64,000 bases of DNA from Ascidiella aspersa (Eukaryota), in NCBI GenBank assembly GCA_963924565.1, contig OZ004609.1, forward strand, positions 26,474,001 through 26,538,000, given 5' to 3'. Positions 13,277-27,324 of the stretch are shown one piece after another. The first letter of the stretch is position 1. Every line of letters begins with the position of its first letter. A program made the position numbers and the translations under genes. The notes below the pieces were generated by a model. The model was not told where the DNA came from, made no database searches, and saw only the letters and a program-made list of their open reading frames with translations.

Positions 13277-16200
13277 ATGGAGTTATCAGGGTTTGTAAAA
13301 CAGTTTATAGTCTCTAGAAAACTACGGTTACGGTTACCACCGTCCGGTAGGTGGCGAAAAGGATGCATTTGCAAGTACTTTTGCATCATCACAACCATTG
13401 CCATTTTGCAAGCAATGATTCAAATTTGGAAAAATCACAACATTTGCAGTCAACATACTTTGTTGGAAAAAAGCATTTTAGACCCAGCATTTGCAGGTAA
13501 CACAAATCTTCAAAAAACTTCTCCTAAAAAGAGTTTTGTTGTCATTTTATAAAAGCATTATTAAACATATTTTGAATAATAAGAAAGTATTTTTCAACTG
13601 TGATATAAATGGTACAAATTTTATTAGAAAATGAAATTTAGGTTCATCCATTTGTGGAAATTCTTCTTGTTTCGGCACCGCAATGTGTCATCCACGATCC
13701 AACCTGAAAGTGTATCTTAACCTTTCGACATCGCGTATCGGTGAGTTTTTCGACCATTCCTAATCCAAGGAGCATTAGGTACAACTAAGTGTGTAACACA
13801 AGGGTGAAACTATGCAATTTTTTTTGGCTTTTTTAATAAATTATAACGCTAAATGTTACATTATTGCCTTTCTGTCTCATGCAGTGCTTGACGTGATTGT
13901 CAAACTTAAATTATTTACATGGTGGACCTTTCTCAGCTTTTAATGATGCGAAAATCCTATTATAAAAAGAATAACAAACAAAACCATTACTACACAAAAT
14001 GACCATTGTAAAATTATGTAATCCTAATAAAAATAGATTTTTGACACAGTTTGATAAGATGAAACATCTAGCTTAGATGTAACTAATTCTCCTATATCGA
14101 TTACGGTTATTTTGCGGACCCCCTCCCCCCCGAAAATAAGTACAAAATAACTCGCATATCCATTGTGGAAACCAATGGTTCAAAATGGTGTGCCTTTGGC
14201 CGAAACATAGTGTGTACATCACGGATCATAAGAGTTAACGACAAAATAACAGTGTGCTAAATGTGTCTTTAGAGCACGGCTGGTATTTGATCGGTGGAAG
14301 CACAACGAGCCAATACAACTTGGTTGATCAGGTCACATTCAAAGTACGCTTCGAACCTCCTTGCGCGGGCGCATCGTGCAGCGTCCATCCTCTGCGCGAC
14401 ATATTTGTCGCCTCCAACTACAGGTCGGCCATTTGCCGGCGATTCGGGGAGCGACCGAATTGTAACGTCACGAAGATGCTCGCCGCCTGGCCTCGCCTAA
14501 AAAGGATGCTGGCCATGCGAGGTTTGCTCACGTTTTTTTATTGCCACATAAGTTTGCTCGTTATGATTCTTTCCACCTTATACGGGATTGTAAACGGTGG
14601 ATAGAATTGTTGTTTATTATAGTTATTTGGCACAACTCTTTCGGCGAGAAAATCTCGTCTATATATAACAGCACAAAATGACTTGGGTTTTTCGATTTTT
14701 GTTGAGACCAACTCAAGCTAAGTTTTACCATTGCAATTCAACAATTTCTCGAGTCCAGAATAATAAAGCTACAAAAGCAGAAAACACAGTCACCAAATTT
14801 TTGTGATTTTGTTTTTGGAAATTTTCACCTGTTCATTGATCAAGTTAAGCACCCGAAATATCCGCCCTGCTCGCAAGCTATCATCCATTTCTGACGGTTC
14901 ACCCTTATTCACCCTTTTTGGTTGGTTCACCCCTGCAAAATTGTTATTCACCCTGGGGTGAACCATTCACCTGATTAAGAAACACTGCCTTAACTCACAA
15001 TCCCCACGCCTGTACACTCCCACAGTGCTCTCTTGCTTTATTTACCCCAGGAGAAAAGCGTCGATTTCTTATTCTACTTTCAAAGTCCAGTTTCGCAAAG
15101 TAGCCTATGTTAAACGTTAGTCATGATTGAACATGAAACATAATGCCCGGCTTGTACAACTTATGTACGCACATCGCATCTTACTTTTTCTCCCTAAAGC
15201 AGAAATTCAGGTATAGCTAAAACACTAAATTAGGATGTTATATTTTATCAGCTTTAGTAAAATTTAATAATGAATAATGGATAAATCGGGGACCTTTACA
15301 AAGACCCTTAACACAGATTGCCCCTGCTTGTTATTTGGGTTTTCAATGTCCGTCTTTTCCTTTTTTCTGCCTTGAACTCTTCTAAATGCTAACTTTCTAT
15401 ATAAGTGAACGCTTGCAATGCTACGGGACGTTACCAGATTTGGATAATCAAATTTTTTATAGATATTTTTAATTAGACTAAAATTTAACCTATAGGGCTT
15501 TTCAGTTTTTTCACACTGAATTAGCATTAGAATTGCTTAATTCCTGAAAACTACAAAACAACTAGAATTAGTTTTTGAATGAAATTTATTTAATTCTTAT
15601 TTTTTTTTAATTATTCTATAATTATCTAGTTCAGTGCTCTTCAACCTTTTTTGGTTTGGTGAACCCTTAAACTTGTGACGAACTCATGCCCCCTGTTTAC
15701 TTAAAAGGTAAACTGAGGTGAAAAGCGATATGAAAAATCATTACGCATATCAATATCATCATGTCAATAAACTGAGCGGAGCTGCCGAAGTTTTACACAA
15801 TGTCGGTGAGGGTTGGATTAAGGCTTCAGGCTGCTTGCAAGCACTATTGCATGTCACAAAACAGGCCTTTTTATACATCACTTGATACCATACATTATTT
15901 GTTTAATATACTGAATGTCAAATATTAATGGTTCATTAAAAGTTTGCGGTGCACCCTTGACCCTTGTATACCTTTTCGTACTGGTGTACCCCATGTATAC
16001 TTTGGTGAACCCTATAGGGTGCACCGTGCACACCGGTTAAAGATCACTAATCTAGTTGTCCAAACCTAACCGTTAGACCTGTTGATAAACCCGTACTTCC
16101 GAAGCCATTATCTGTAAAGAATGGCTTCTTCGTTGTGTATAATAAGAAATCTGTTTATTTGATGACGTAGGTCGTCTGGTTCCCGACGTCATCAACGAAA

Positions 16201-19200
16201 TTTCTCCCCCGTTTTCCTGCGCGTCGCCACGACTGGCGGATCGCATAGTGAGGCGCGTTTATGACGTCAGAAACAAGGGCACGGTCCTGCTGAAAAATTA
16301 CAACGCTCAGGAAAAAACGCGCCTTCTGCTTCTGTGCAAGTTATCACCCGGAACCGTTGTACAGGTGCGGTTGTAATAGTTTGTTCTATCTCTTATTTTT
16401 TTAGTTAATGCGCCACTACTATAGTAGGTCAACTACGAACGAAATATTTTATTTTGGTTTTATAAATTTTGTTGTGTTAAAAGTTTGTTTGTACTGTGCA
16501 TCACAGATTGCTACCAAGTGGCTTGTATATATCACTAATACCGAAGTGCACACTTGCTTACTCGCCAGAGAAATTATTTTGACATTTTGTAGCATTGAAA
16601 AACGCACTTTTAATATCATACAATGAGACAAGAATCGCCGTTTAAACATTTTTTGTTTTCATGCAGCAACTGTTCCCACATAGAGAGGGCTGGCTCTTTG
16701 AATCCACCATCGGCCGATGCGGAAATATCGTAATTCAGCGAACAGCCGTCGAACACACTTTGATTGACGTCTACAATTGGCCGTGGAAAGTCCGACTCGA
16801 CATTGCCATCCAAGTATAAGTTTCAACTAATCGGAAAAACACCTCGTGTTTCTTTTTTTTGGCCTATACAACACACTACTGAATAACACGACGTTTTGAA
16901 TTAAAAAAAATAAAAAATACCTGGTTCAAAATTAAGAAAAAATACTAAAGCTCTTTTTTCACATAAAGTATTTATGGTTTTCACTAAAGTCACTTTTGAT
17001 GTTCCCAAAATGTTATCTTAATTTAATGTTCTAAAAGTAAAACAATGTACTAATCGGTTTGTAAGTTGTTCTATTTGTGCTTGTTTGTGAACACTGATAT
17101 TTGCAAAAAAGATTTGTCACGGCGCGATTTTAGAGTTGGAAACAATTAAGAAGAAAAACGATTTCTGCTTTTTTAAAGCTGTTGGATCTTGCTTACCATT
17201 ACTCGGACAACGATTCTCGCTACTTGCTGCTCTTTCATCGTTTAAGAGCAAACGATTTGGGAATAAGCAAACGCGGAAAACTGAGGATCAAAAACGCGGA
17301 TCGTATTCTTATCGTAGACCAGCATTTCATCGAACAAGGTGTAAAATCAAGAAACAGATTCGTAGTTTTAATTGACGATATTATAAGTAAAAGGAAACAA
17401 ACGTACTTTTGAGCAATCGGCAGCCTAATTGTTTGAATTTAATTGTACAATTCGAGATTTGGAAACCAGAGGACAATAATGTTTATTTAAAAAAAAACAA
17501 GAGTATGGTCGCAGGTTTAAATTTAAACAAATTCATTGGCATACAAATTTGAACAGTATGGTAACAGAAAGGTTTCGATATAGTTTTGTAAGGAGTTTTA
17601 AGTTTAGTGACGCTTAAGTTTTGAATTTAAACTTTCACCTCACTTCTTGCATGTAATTAACGATTGCTTGGCACTTATTGTTTGAACGGGCGAAAGAACA
17701 TCGGCATGCTAACACGATGTGTTAGACATTGGTTGTAACTATTAAATGCATGATGTATATCGTTTACATTGAATTATTCAAATTGTACCCAACCACGGGA
17801 GTTTGAAGCTACCGAGAAACATGTAGCGTTTTGAACATAACAAATTGAAAGTTATTTAGTACAAAGCTCCGAGTGGCAACGCCGCCACACTTTTGACAAT
17901 ACAACTTTGCCTCCATATAATGAGACATAAATGTTAACTCTTATCACCTGATTATGAATATTGCTTTACAGAGGCCTGGCTAAACCTATATTCATTTCGA
18001 GAAAATTTGCGTCAAGGTTAAATTTTTGCAGAAAAACCTCGCGGCTATGAGCGCCCGATCGAAACTCGCTTCGACAAGGATAAGCTCTCGATTGTCGAGA
18101 ACGGCTTCTGTGGCCACACGCAAAACGACGCCAACTTTTACATCGTCTGCCGCCATTTTCTGCGCGGAAACTGGAAGGACTTGAATGGCGCAACTTTGGA
18201 AGGGGGCTTGCTCCACGACCCGCAAGAGTTGGGGGTGAGCGTTCGAATAACTTCAAACGATCGTTTTGAGAACAGTTTCAAGAAAAACTTAAAACTACCA
18301 TGAAGGGTAAAATGGCCTTTCAACCCTGTGGGTATTAGTAGGGGCGGATCCAGAGAGTCCCATCAGGCCATGCCTTTCCGAAAAAAAAATACTTTTTGCT
18401 AACTTTTTTTAATCTTATGCCGGTTAAACTCAAAAACTCTTTAAGTGCATTTTTATTAAATTAAACTATAAAGGTGTTATTTCGAGTGTGCTTAATACGT
18501 CACGTAAAAAAAGCACAGGTCCGATCGAGAACAACAATTATTTTTTATGACGTCACGTCATGGCGTGATTTTGTGACGTCATTCCAAACAATTCTCGTGG
18601 CCCCCAAACAAAAATCCTGGATCCGCCCCTGTCGAGACTGATGCTTTGTTGTCCTAATAGCTAAGTGTTTATAATGGAACATTTTTCACATTTTTAATTC
18701 AGCAGAGTAACAAATGTTGCCCAGTTTCTGGTTGATAACTCAGTTACTGATTTTTACGGTCTTTATCAAATCAGTTTGAAAAGTTGCCCTTGGTTAAAAC
18801 GATATCTCAAATGTGAAACAAAATTGCGATTACACCTTATTTAAACGAAAATGTAGGTTTTTAGCATCTCTATCGTGCGGCTAAACTTCTTCCACACTTG
18901 ATGTCGTGTAGTATGAATTGTCGATACTCGTGTCGAGCTGTCCATTTAATTTGGTCTTATACGTTTAATTAATTATTACCGCAATCCCTATATATTGCAT
19001 TGAAGCTTAACAAGGGCATCTATTCCGTATTCCGCCATTCAAGTGTTTTTTTATTATTTTTCCGGAAGACGTTCACGAACAAGATGTACGTTCTGCTGGA
19101 CATCTGCACGCGTGGCTCGGTGGCGATACCGAACGGCCGCAAAGAGAACACGCCGTCCATCCGTCGACTAGCCGCCAGCCACCTTCGCAGTCTGTTGCTG

Positions 19201-19314
19201 GGCGCCAGGCAGTGCGGGCCCGAGTATGCTTACCGTTACCCGGAATGCAAGTTGATAGATCGATCGAGTTCCGTTTATTTGCAACCCGACAGCTTCGAGC
19301 TGCAGTGGTTTTAA
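13277..19314 (+). CDS. DIPK2: Divergent protein kinase domain 2 family (DIPK2/DIA1, C3orf58/CXorf36-like) secretory-pathway pseudokinase, 505 aa
   Basis: Exons 13277-13496, 13642-13740, 14273-14521, 16171-16364, 16667-16813, 17179-17338, 18032-18234, 19069-19314 (1518 nt, phase-consistent). N-terminal hydrophobic anchor (YFCIITTIAILQAMIQI); motifs SCFGTAMC, CASPRLADRIVRR, QLFPHREGW..IGRCG, PWKVRLDIAIQL, NFYIVCRHFL, GGLLHDP and YAYRYPECK align with DIPK2 proteins as recalled. Confidence 0.88.
14848..14987 (-). mobile_element. Truncated inverted copy of the hAT MITE at 51823-52066
   Basis: Reverse complement of about 51823-51963 (GGGTGAA-rich; CTGCTCGCAAGCTATCATCCATTTCTG identical); ends in AAGAAACACTG. 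Confidence 0.85.
15632..16049. mobile_element. hAT (Buster/Charlie-type) MITE in a DIPK2 intron
   Basis: Ends CAGTGCTCTTCAACC / GGTTAAAGATCACTA; perfect 8-bp TSD atctagtt (15624-15631 and 16050-16057). Confidence 0.85.
18339..18631. mobile_element. MITE with AGGGGCGGATCCAG terminal inverted repeats
   Basis: AGGGGCGGATCCAG ... CTGGATCCGCCCCT (14-bp perfect IR); internal TGACGTCA motifs; TSD not preserved. Confidence 0.7.
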
Positions 19315-22300
19315 GGTGGCGTTGTTAGTGTCAACCACAATACGGCCTTTAATTTAAGAAAACAGATTTCTGTTTTTTAGTGTGCTTTTATCTCCTTTAC
19401 TGCCCTTTTCCATATTTATTTGGTTTGTCTGAAAGCCTCTATGATAGATGTTGAAAATGAATGAAGCGATATTCGAAACGTTTAACATGAAACCTACTTA
19501 TGTATGGGCTTTGATATTTTGCTGTGCCTGTATAATACGTCTTTTTAGTTTATTTATATTTCAACGTAGATTTTTTTGCAAAAACAACGTTTAACTCCAT
19601 CAAGTTTTAGATCGCCTTGCAATGTCCAAGCTCCCAAAACCAGTGCTAAGAATAACAATAGATATTTTTTAAACACCAGCAAACGTTATTTTACTAATTT
19701 GCACTTTAAACTGCCTTCCAATACTCATTCGTTTGTATACATGAAAAAAGATTTGTATGCCTTTATGCCTCTATATTAAGTTATTTTTTTGTAAGCACCA
19801 CTCGTAACTCAACCGCTGAAACGATGTTTCTGTACTTCTGCAGGCTCGCCTTCAGCTTCCAATATTTGTTAACGATGGTTTTCTTTTATTATTTCAAACA
19901 GAAAAGAAAAACGCGAGAAACAAAATAACGCAAAACGTGTTATGTAAAAACGAAACGTTCGGAAAAACTCGTCGGTTTTCCTATTGCACAAATAAATAAA
20001 AAACTTGTCATGGCAAAGGCTCGCCAATCGCGACTGCGCTTGTTTATTTCCAGCACAAGAATTCGCAGAGGCCGCAGGAAACTCGTACCCGTCGAAATCG
20101 CCGACCACTGGGTCGCTTCACACTCAGGGGCCTGGAATCTGTCAACGAAAAATTAGCTTAGGTTTGTGCGTCGCTGTTCGAAAATATTTTAGAGTAGGCC
20201 ACACGCCGAAGCAACTTTAGGAGCTTTGGCCAAATACCAAAACGAATTTAATTTCCTAACATTTGTAATTCGTAAATATGCGAGCCCCGGCAAAAAAATA
20301 TTGGCACAGATTAAAATAACAGGTTATGTAACCTATAGGTCGTTGGATTTCGAGCGTATTCGCTTTGCGACATAAATGTTTACAGTCTTGTTATTGTGAA
20401 TGCATATACACTACACCATTAAACTCATAAAAAATAACTTTTTCTTTTATGTTGAGTATGAAAAATCATTACGGTTAGAAATTTCACACAATTACCACGA
20501 GACCGTTATCTTTTAACGATTAACATTGCCCTCCTATTTTGGGGGATAAAAACAAGTAAACATACCTTGGTTGCTGATGCTTCGCTTCATCATAATCGGC
20601 GGGTGACAGACGTATGCCATTCTGTGGCAAGTTCTTCGCAATTGGGGTACGCATCGTTTCATTCTCAACCTCCTGTAATCATTGAATGTGTTAAAAATCC
20701 ACTTGCGGTTAATATATTTACTCATGTTTATTTAAGCAACTATGCCATATCACACATTTATTCTATTGATAAGTATAATTAGGCAACGAAAACATAATAA
20801 TAAACATCCCACCTGGCTGCAATGCTCTGAGATTGATGGCTTCGCGAGAATACAGCAGCCGATGCGTTGTTGCTTTCTGAGCAAATAATCACCAACATTG
20901 CAATTGCAGCAATTAGGGAATAGCAGACAACAACTCGTCGCATTGGATTGTTGGACATTCTTCTTTAGTGGGTAATTTTTTCCCCTGACTGGTCGTGTAT
21001 GACTTTGGACTTCCTATAGGCGCCGGTTTTATAGCCTCGGTAAACTTTTTTTCCGCGCTCAAGTTTACCAACTTCAGACCGGCAATTAGGAGAAAATAAC
21101 ACTCTCATCTGCAAAACAAGGGTGGTGTAGGTATAATGGAATTTACCCAATATGGTAATGTGATTTTTGTTTTCGATAATATGGTAATGTGAATAGTTTG
21201 TAGTCAGTTGCGATCACATTTTTGACGAAGATGTTTTGCTAAAACGAAATTGAAATTTGCATATTCGTATGAAAACAACGGTAAGGAAACAAACAAGATT
21301 TTAACCTGGCGTTCAACTCTTTTTTGCATACAATTTTCGCTTGTTCTGGTGATTGTTGATATTAACGGGTGGGGAGTTCTATATTTTAACAGTTCGCTTT
21401 CATGTCTGACACCATGCAAACTAGAGTCCGTGATAATGTTCGTAATTACGGCCAAGAAAAAGGAGTGGCCAGAAGCTGTTATTGTTGAACCAGATGACTT
21501 TATGTTTAAATATGCCGCGGTTAATACCCGCCCGAAATCCTGTACTGTACACTCTCAACTGTTAAATTATATTTACCTAATTGAATCGCGTCTACCTTAA
21601 AAACTAGCTGATTTTGGAGCTGCACAATTAACTTGGCGAAACTATGTACTTATCAGGACGTGTTAAGTGCGCCACAAAAGTTTTTTCGCGATATACACCA
21701 TTTAACCTCAAACCGCAAACTTAAGCCGTCTGGCAAGGTTTCTTAGCCGCGGTGTTAAACCTAATTATGCGCAAACATTACTCAGGTGGCTTACGTGTCG
21801 AAAATTGCGCGTTCAGGTTACTAGTAGCTCGATTCTCATGGCGATTAAAAATTAAAACTATTCGATGTTTCGGTGTTATGACGTCACAAAGCTAACTGAA
21901 AAACAGTTTAGAAGAAGTAGTAATGTTTTTCTGACGTCTTTGCGCTTTGTTTTGATGCGCATTGAACGGCAACAATCAACTATTAGGCAGAACTGAACGT
22001 TTTCGAAAGTTTTTGCTAGTTACTGCCTTGCATACCAAACACAACAACTCTCGATTTGTTTTACCTTTAAAATTTCAATATTTGAATTGCCATAAAACTC
22101 GTAAATGCCATTCATTTAAAAAGTGATTGCGTTAATTTAACTCAATAGTTTCGCCTTTGAAGCCGCGAGAAAACTTTTAATTAAAAATCCATGGTGGTTA
22201 AAAGCGAAAAATGAAAGCGAAGAAAAAAGACCTACATCCTAGCAAAAACAAACTACGTGAGATTAGCGGAAAATTCTTCCAACGAAAATCATTTGTGCAA

Positions 22301-24637
22301 AAATGCTGAATGGCCCGTAATCGGACACTGCAGAAAAATACGCTTGACAAATAGATTGCCCTTTCCTGAGCTAGCTTACTTTTTATTCAACGACAGATTA
22401 CTATCTTGCGGAAAAAACCTTACTGCTATTTGTCCGATTCGGCAAACGCAAAATGTTTGTTGCTAAATTGACATTTATAGGCTGAATATTAATACGCTAA
22501 CTTTTCTGGGTAGGAGTTTTGTAGTGTGTTGTTGTTTTCATCAGTTAGCATACTATTTTTGAGTTAATTGGTCCGTTTTTGTTTTAACAATGCTTAAAAA
22601 TGTTCTGTAAACAAAATCATAACGTGTTGTTTGTTCACAAACGTAGTCATCAAAACACGAATTAAAAAAGCGAAACTAATCGTGTAAAATGCGCATACAC
22701 GAGAAGACGAAAAATTTGTTTCCATCTGCTATACAGTAAACTTGTTTTTAATTTACTGCCCGATTTTTCAGAAATTAGCAGCAAGAACCAGCAAACTCAG
22801 CACACAGGAAAGCGCTAAACCTACGACAAGGCCACTCGACAACTGTCAAATGATTGATGCGGAATAAATCCTTCACACCACGTGCGTTAGACACAGCGTA
22901 ACTAGATCCTTTGTTGGTACAGGGGTTTTGCGTCAGCTTGGTCGTTAACCTCGCACACAACAGGGTGAAAAACTTGATTCCGGAATCTTCCAACGATGCA
23001 CTCTTTCGACAATGTGATAGCACCTACGTGCTGCGGCTCATGGGAACGCACCATTCGTCAGATCTTATGTATTTCTTTATAAAGGGTTCACGAAAACATG
23101 GCGAGTTTATTCGAGTTTTATTGATAGTTTCGATTCCCATAGCTTGGGCAGCTGATGATCATTAGCAAATCGTTGGAACTAAATAGGAAAAATAGCTAAC
23201 TTTCCTGATGTTAATATTGTTTTACGGTTTCGTTTTGGCACGAAATACATTTTTCAAATAAAAAAAACGGATTTTTTTACTTCTGGCATATTTATTGTTT
23301 CTGATTTCGTTATAGTTTGCTGTTATTGAAAATGCGAGCATTTGTTTTCAATTTTATTATTATTGCAATATAGTATATATAACTTAATAGATTAATTAAT
23401 GCGCTCCGAACGACCTGAATGATAAGAATTGCGTTCCGCCTTTTATAAGTGGGGTTTAAATCCATTTCAGTCACATTAGCTGATGATGTACAAGTGCGTA
23501 TCGAAACGTCTTTTTTGGGAGGATGTCGATTCACTCGAATTATATGACTTTAACATTCAGTTTCCAACTTGCTTGATAAAATTCGAACCAAAACAACTTG
23601 GATTTTTTGTGAAAAGGGAACGGACTAAAAAGTTATAGGCCTACGTGACGTGTCGTTAGTTAAGTAACTGAATTATGGGACTGTGTTGGTTATGCTTTAC
23701 GCATTTTAAGCATTCCGAATGCAGCGTACGTGCATCTTTTGCCGTACCCGGCATGCAATAAAAACACCTGCAGTATTGTTTCCAGCCAACAAACATATCA
23801 AATTTCGCGCCCTATAGTTTCCAGGTAAAACAAAATCCAGTTTAACTATGGTTCAAGTAACATCTGTACTGCCACCTAGCGATACGGCATATGTTGGCCA
23901 AAATTAGCAAAATTATTAAGAATGTTAAAACTGTGGTGTTTTAACTTCTGTATAGTTTATATTTTTCTACCAGTAGCGGAATGTAACGTGCGCCAAGATA
24001 TTTATTTCAGGTCATAGGACAAGAACTCAGGGGTATCTAAGGCTAAGGAAAAGAGATTTTTCACGCACGAATTGAGTAGAAAACACTCGTACAATGTGTG
24101 AGTGCCAACTGGTGAATTTAGCCTTGGACCCAAAGCACGCAAATATTGTATACAGAGCATATAATCGTATAGTTGTTGTTAGGTCCTACATTAAGGAGTT
24201 TTAAACAAACATCACGATATTTATCTGTTTAACGAAATAATAGGATGTAAAAAATCGAATAATAGTCCATTGTTTTTTCATCGTATTTCGCGCTGTTGTA
24301 GCGCTATCACTTTTTGGCCAAGATATGCGGTTAATACCTCTGGTAGTTTTATATTTTTGTGGTATTTTTATGGCTTAACCTTTATCCAAAAATTATAAAT
24401 AATCAGCGTAATAAATAGTAGGCCTATGTTAACGAAAGTTGTTCTGTGCTTTATTGTATATTTGAGCCATTTTTTTTTTGTTTGGCCATGTTGAAGGAAA
24501 CCGCTTTTAGCACGTTCGAGTTCGGTTAAGGTTCCGGTTTCTGTAAAATAGGCAACTCTTTGCTCTAAAAATGAATAATTAAGTTTTCTATACCTACATT
24601 AAGTCATTTTGTTTAATTTTAATAGACTAGTCTAGAC

Positions 24638-25670
24638 CAGTTGTTCTCAACCTATATTTATCGTGCGCCACCTCGAGTTGTATGACCATAGCACAGCAGC
24701 AAATCACAAAAACCTAATTTTGTATATAGGTTTATTAATTTTCAAGAGGGACGGAATAGCAAAGGAATTGACAACAATAACCACAAATTAAATCTTATAA
24801 CATCACAAATTAAATGTTATAACAAATGTGTCACTTCACCGGGTATATGTCGTGTTTTATTCTCCCTGATCACACATTTTTATGTGCTGCGGCAAAAGGC
24901 TGCGTATATAGGCTATTAGCGTTGTGAGCCAAAATCTTGTCTGTAGAGGCCATGCTTAACCAAAAAGGTAATAGGATAAGAGACCTTGTGTGTTGTTTTC
25001 CTGCCTCATCAAATAGAATAGCAATCATACCTTCTTGTTCCCCTGTCCCAACAGAACAGAAGGATTAACTGAGAGTGGATTGGTGATGTATGCACAGCAT
25101 GCCATGTTTGGAAAACAATAATTCACTAACTTGGTTTATCATTTGGTTGCTTTTGTAGAAAAGTGAGAAATCTGAAAAATCCATATTGTTGATTTTTCAC
25201 GTTTTTCATCCATGTCCTTTCATCTAGCTAGGAGATAAAAATCTGAAAATAGAGATGCATGCTCATTAAAAAAAACAATCTATTCGCAAGAGTTTTAAAA
25301 ATATTTCGGAACAAAGTCATTCATCTCTCTTTCTAAATCTCTTTTTTTAACTTGAATTTTTTTTTTTTGGGGGGGAATTTCTTATCTGTAAAATATGAGC
25401 AACTCATTTTTGTTCGGCGCTTTACAGTGTCATTGGAAGAGATACGCCGTCCTACTTTGCTACATCTTTTTTTGCAATCAGGCGGTAACGACTCAGCAAT
25501 GGTAAGACACTTTAAGTTTTAACGAGAAGAGAAACTTCATAAAATGCTTTGACTATTCCTGCCTTTTTAGTAGCTCTGTCCTGTCTGGTTTAACCGCTGT
25601 TTTTTTTTACATTCTCACCAAGTCGTGCCAAATAGCTCTCGTTTCTCTCCTTCCTTTCTCAGTGGTTTAA
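24638..25670 (-). pseudogene. Decayed, internally deleted hAT (Buster/Charlie, ZBED8-like) transposon with transposase remnants
   Basis: Terminus CAGTTGTTCTCAACC at 24638 preceded by gtctagac. Minus-strand fragments with stops and frameshifts: ESYLARLGENVKK-QRL..AGIVKAFYEVSLLV..TIAESL..SNDTVKRR (about 25660-25410), NVKNQQYGFF, and NPLSVNPS..GTGEQE..FWLSMAS..LAHNA (about 25080-24900; hAT dimerisation region). Confidence 0.8.
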
Positions 25671-26166
25671 CTAACGATAACCTTTAAGAAAACTTAGAAT
25701 TCATAGCTCATTCAAAAGAGTTTTCATGCAAACTAAGCATTATTGTGGCTGCTCAAATAAGCAATAAAGCCATGTTTTATATATTTTTTGATTATATTTT
25801 CGCTTTGACATATTGATTAAACTTACGGTACCGGTACCTAAAATACTGTAGGCCTACTATTTTAAAAGTTTCAATAAAAGAAAGATTGAAATATTCGAGT
25901 TATACGTAGATAGCTTAGACCTTAGATTAATAAGTCGATGGCCTACTGATACACTTCCGTTGGTTACTTTAATTTTCCTTCTTGTCTTAAAAAATGTCAC
26001 AAAGCAAATCAAAAAACTGAAAGTTATTTATGTTTTCATATCTTCCTTATGAAAAGGAAATACTATCTATAAAATTGTTGACGCAATAATATTTACCTTC
26101 GCGTATAACAATGACATTTAACTAAATTTTAAAGAAATAAGCCTATATAGGTGATATAAAATCAAG

Positions 26167-26350
26167 GAGTCGAACCTCACCCGAAGCGGAACTTTATGAA
26201 CCGTTTTTAGGCTTATTTTTCCCGGACCGTAACCAAACCTGATCCGTTTTTTGTAAGATTTAAAGTAACCGAACCGGAACTGAACCGAATATTTTGAAAT
26301 AACGCGAACCTTAACCGAACCCGAAATTGTTAAAAAGCGTCGTCACTCCG
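26167..26350. repeat. Degenerate element with AACCG/GAACC repeats
   Basis: Clustered aaccg/gaacc units (aaccgaaccggaactgaaccgaa); no intact TIR or TSD. Confidence 0.4.
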
Positions 26351-27113
26351 ATGTGACGTCACAACTTGAATTTCAAGAAGTTTATACCATGCTAAAATTA
26401 GCGCTGTTAAAATATTTTTAAAATATGTTTGTAATTGATAAATAATAACGCACAGGATAATCTCGATTCGTTAACCTATTTTTTAATATGAAGGTTAATA
26501 ATTAAATAAATGTACCGGTAAGTCATGCCAATACCGATCAGAGATACGCTGAAACTGGGTATAGGCTTATTTCGGTAAAAAAACGGAGGAGTCGCAAAAT
26601 CAGCGGATATAAAAATATGTTAATAAAGTGAATAAAAACTTCACAGTCAACAGTCTTCAGCAAAATTATGATACTATATGATTAGTGTAGTACTTTAGGG
26701 TTAAATTTAACTTTTATTTTTACACGAGCCGGTCAGGGTCCATTGGTGCATGGCTATCATTTTTCTTCTTTTTGTGCACTGATGCGAATCAAAACACAAA
26801 TAGGAATTTCTTTTGCAGACTGCGAACCGTGAATAAGTTAGCTATGTGACGCCAGCTGGTATGGCGAGGTTGAGTAATGCCTCATGATTTGAATAACATA
26901 GCCAAGTGGCTCACTTCCGGCTAGGATTTATTGTATTAACTTCGGTTGTGCTAATTTGAAATAATATTAATAATAAGGCGCAAGTTCTGAGTTTATATAC
27001 TACGCTTTTGCGCGTGAAACCTTACGCGATTGCCATAAACGTAAGTTTATGTCCTATAAAACTTTTTTTATTTAAAAGCCTGTAAGGGATAGCAATTAAG
27101 TGAGGGATTCTTT

Positions 27114-27324
27114 GGTGCTGGTCTAGAATCCTACCACAGCATTCAGTCAATTATTATTAAATCAACGTGCAAGGTTTGGGTTAGGGTGCAGGTTAGCGCT
27201 TGGCTGTGGGTGGGTCAAGTATTATTATTTAATAACAATATGCTTAACTTACCCAGACACTAACTCGCACTTTAACTCCATTTTCCAAATATTATGTTTT
27301 GTGGTAGGATTCTAGACCAGCACC
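27114..27324. mobile_element. Small fold-back/MITE with 25-bp perfect terminal inverted repeats
   Basis: GGTGCTGGTCTAGAATCCTACCACA (27114-27138) / TGTGGTAGGATTCTAGACCAGCACC (27300-27324); internal GGTTTGGGTTAGGG. Confidence 0.8.
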
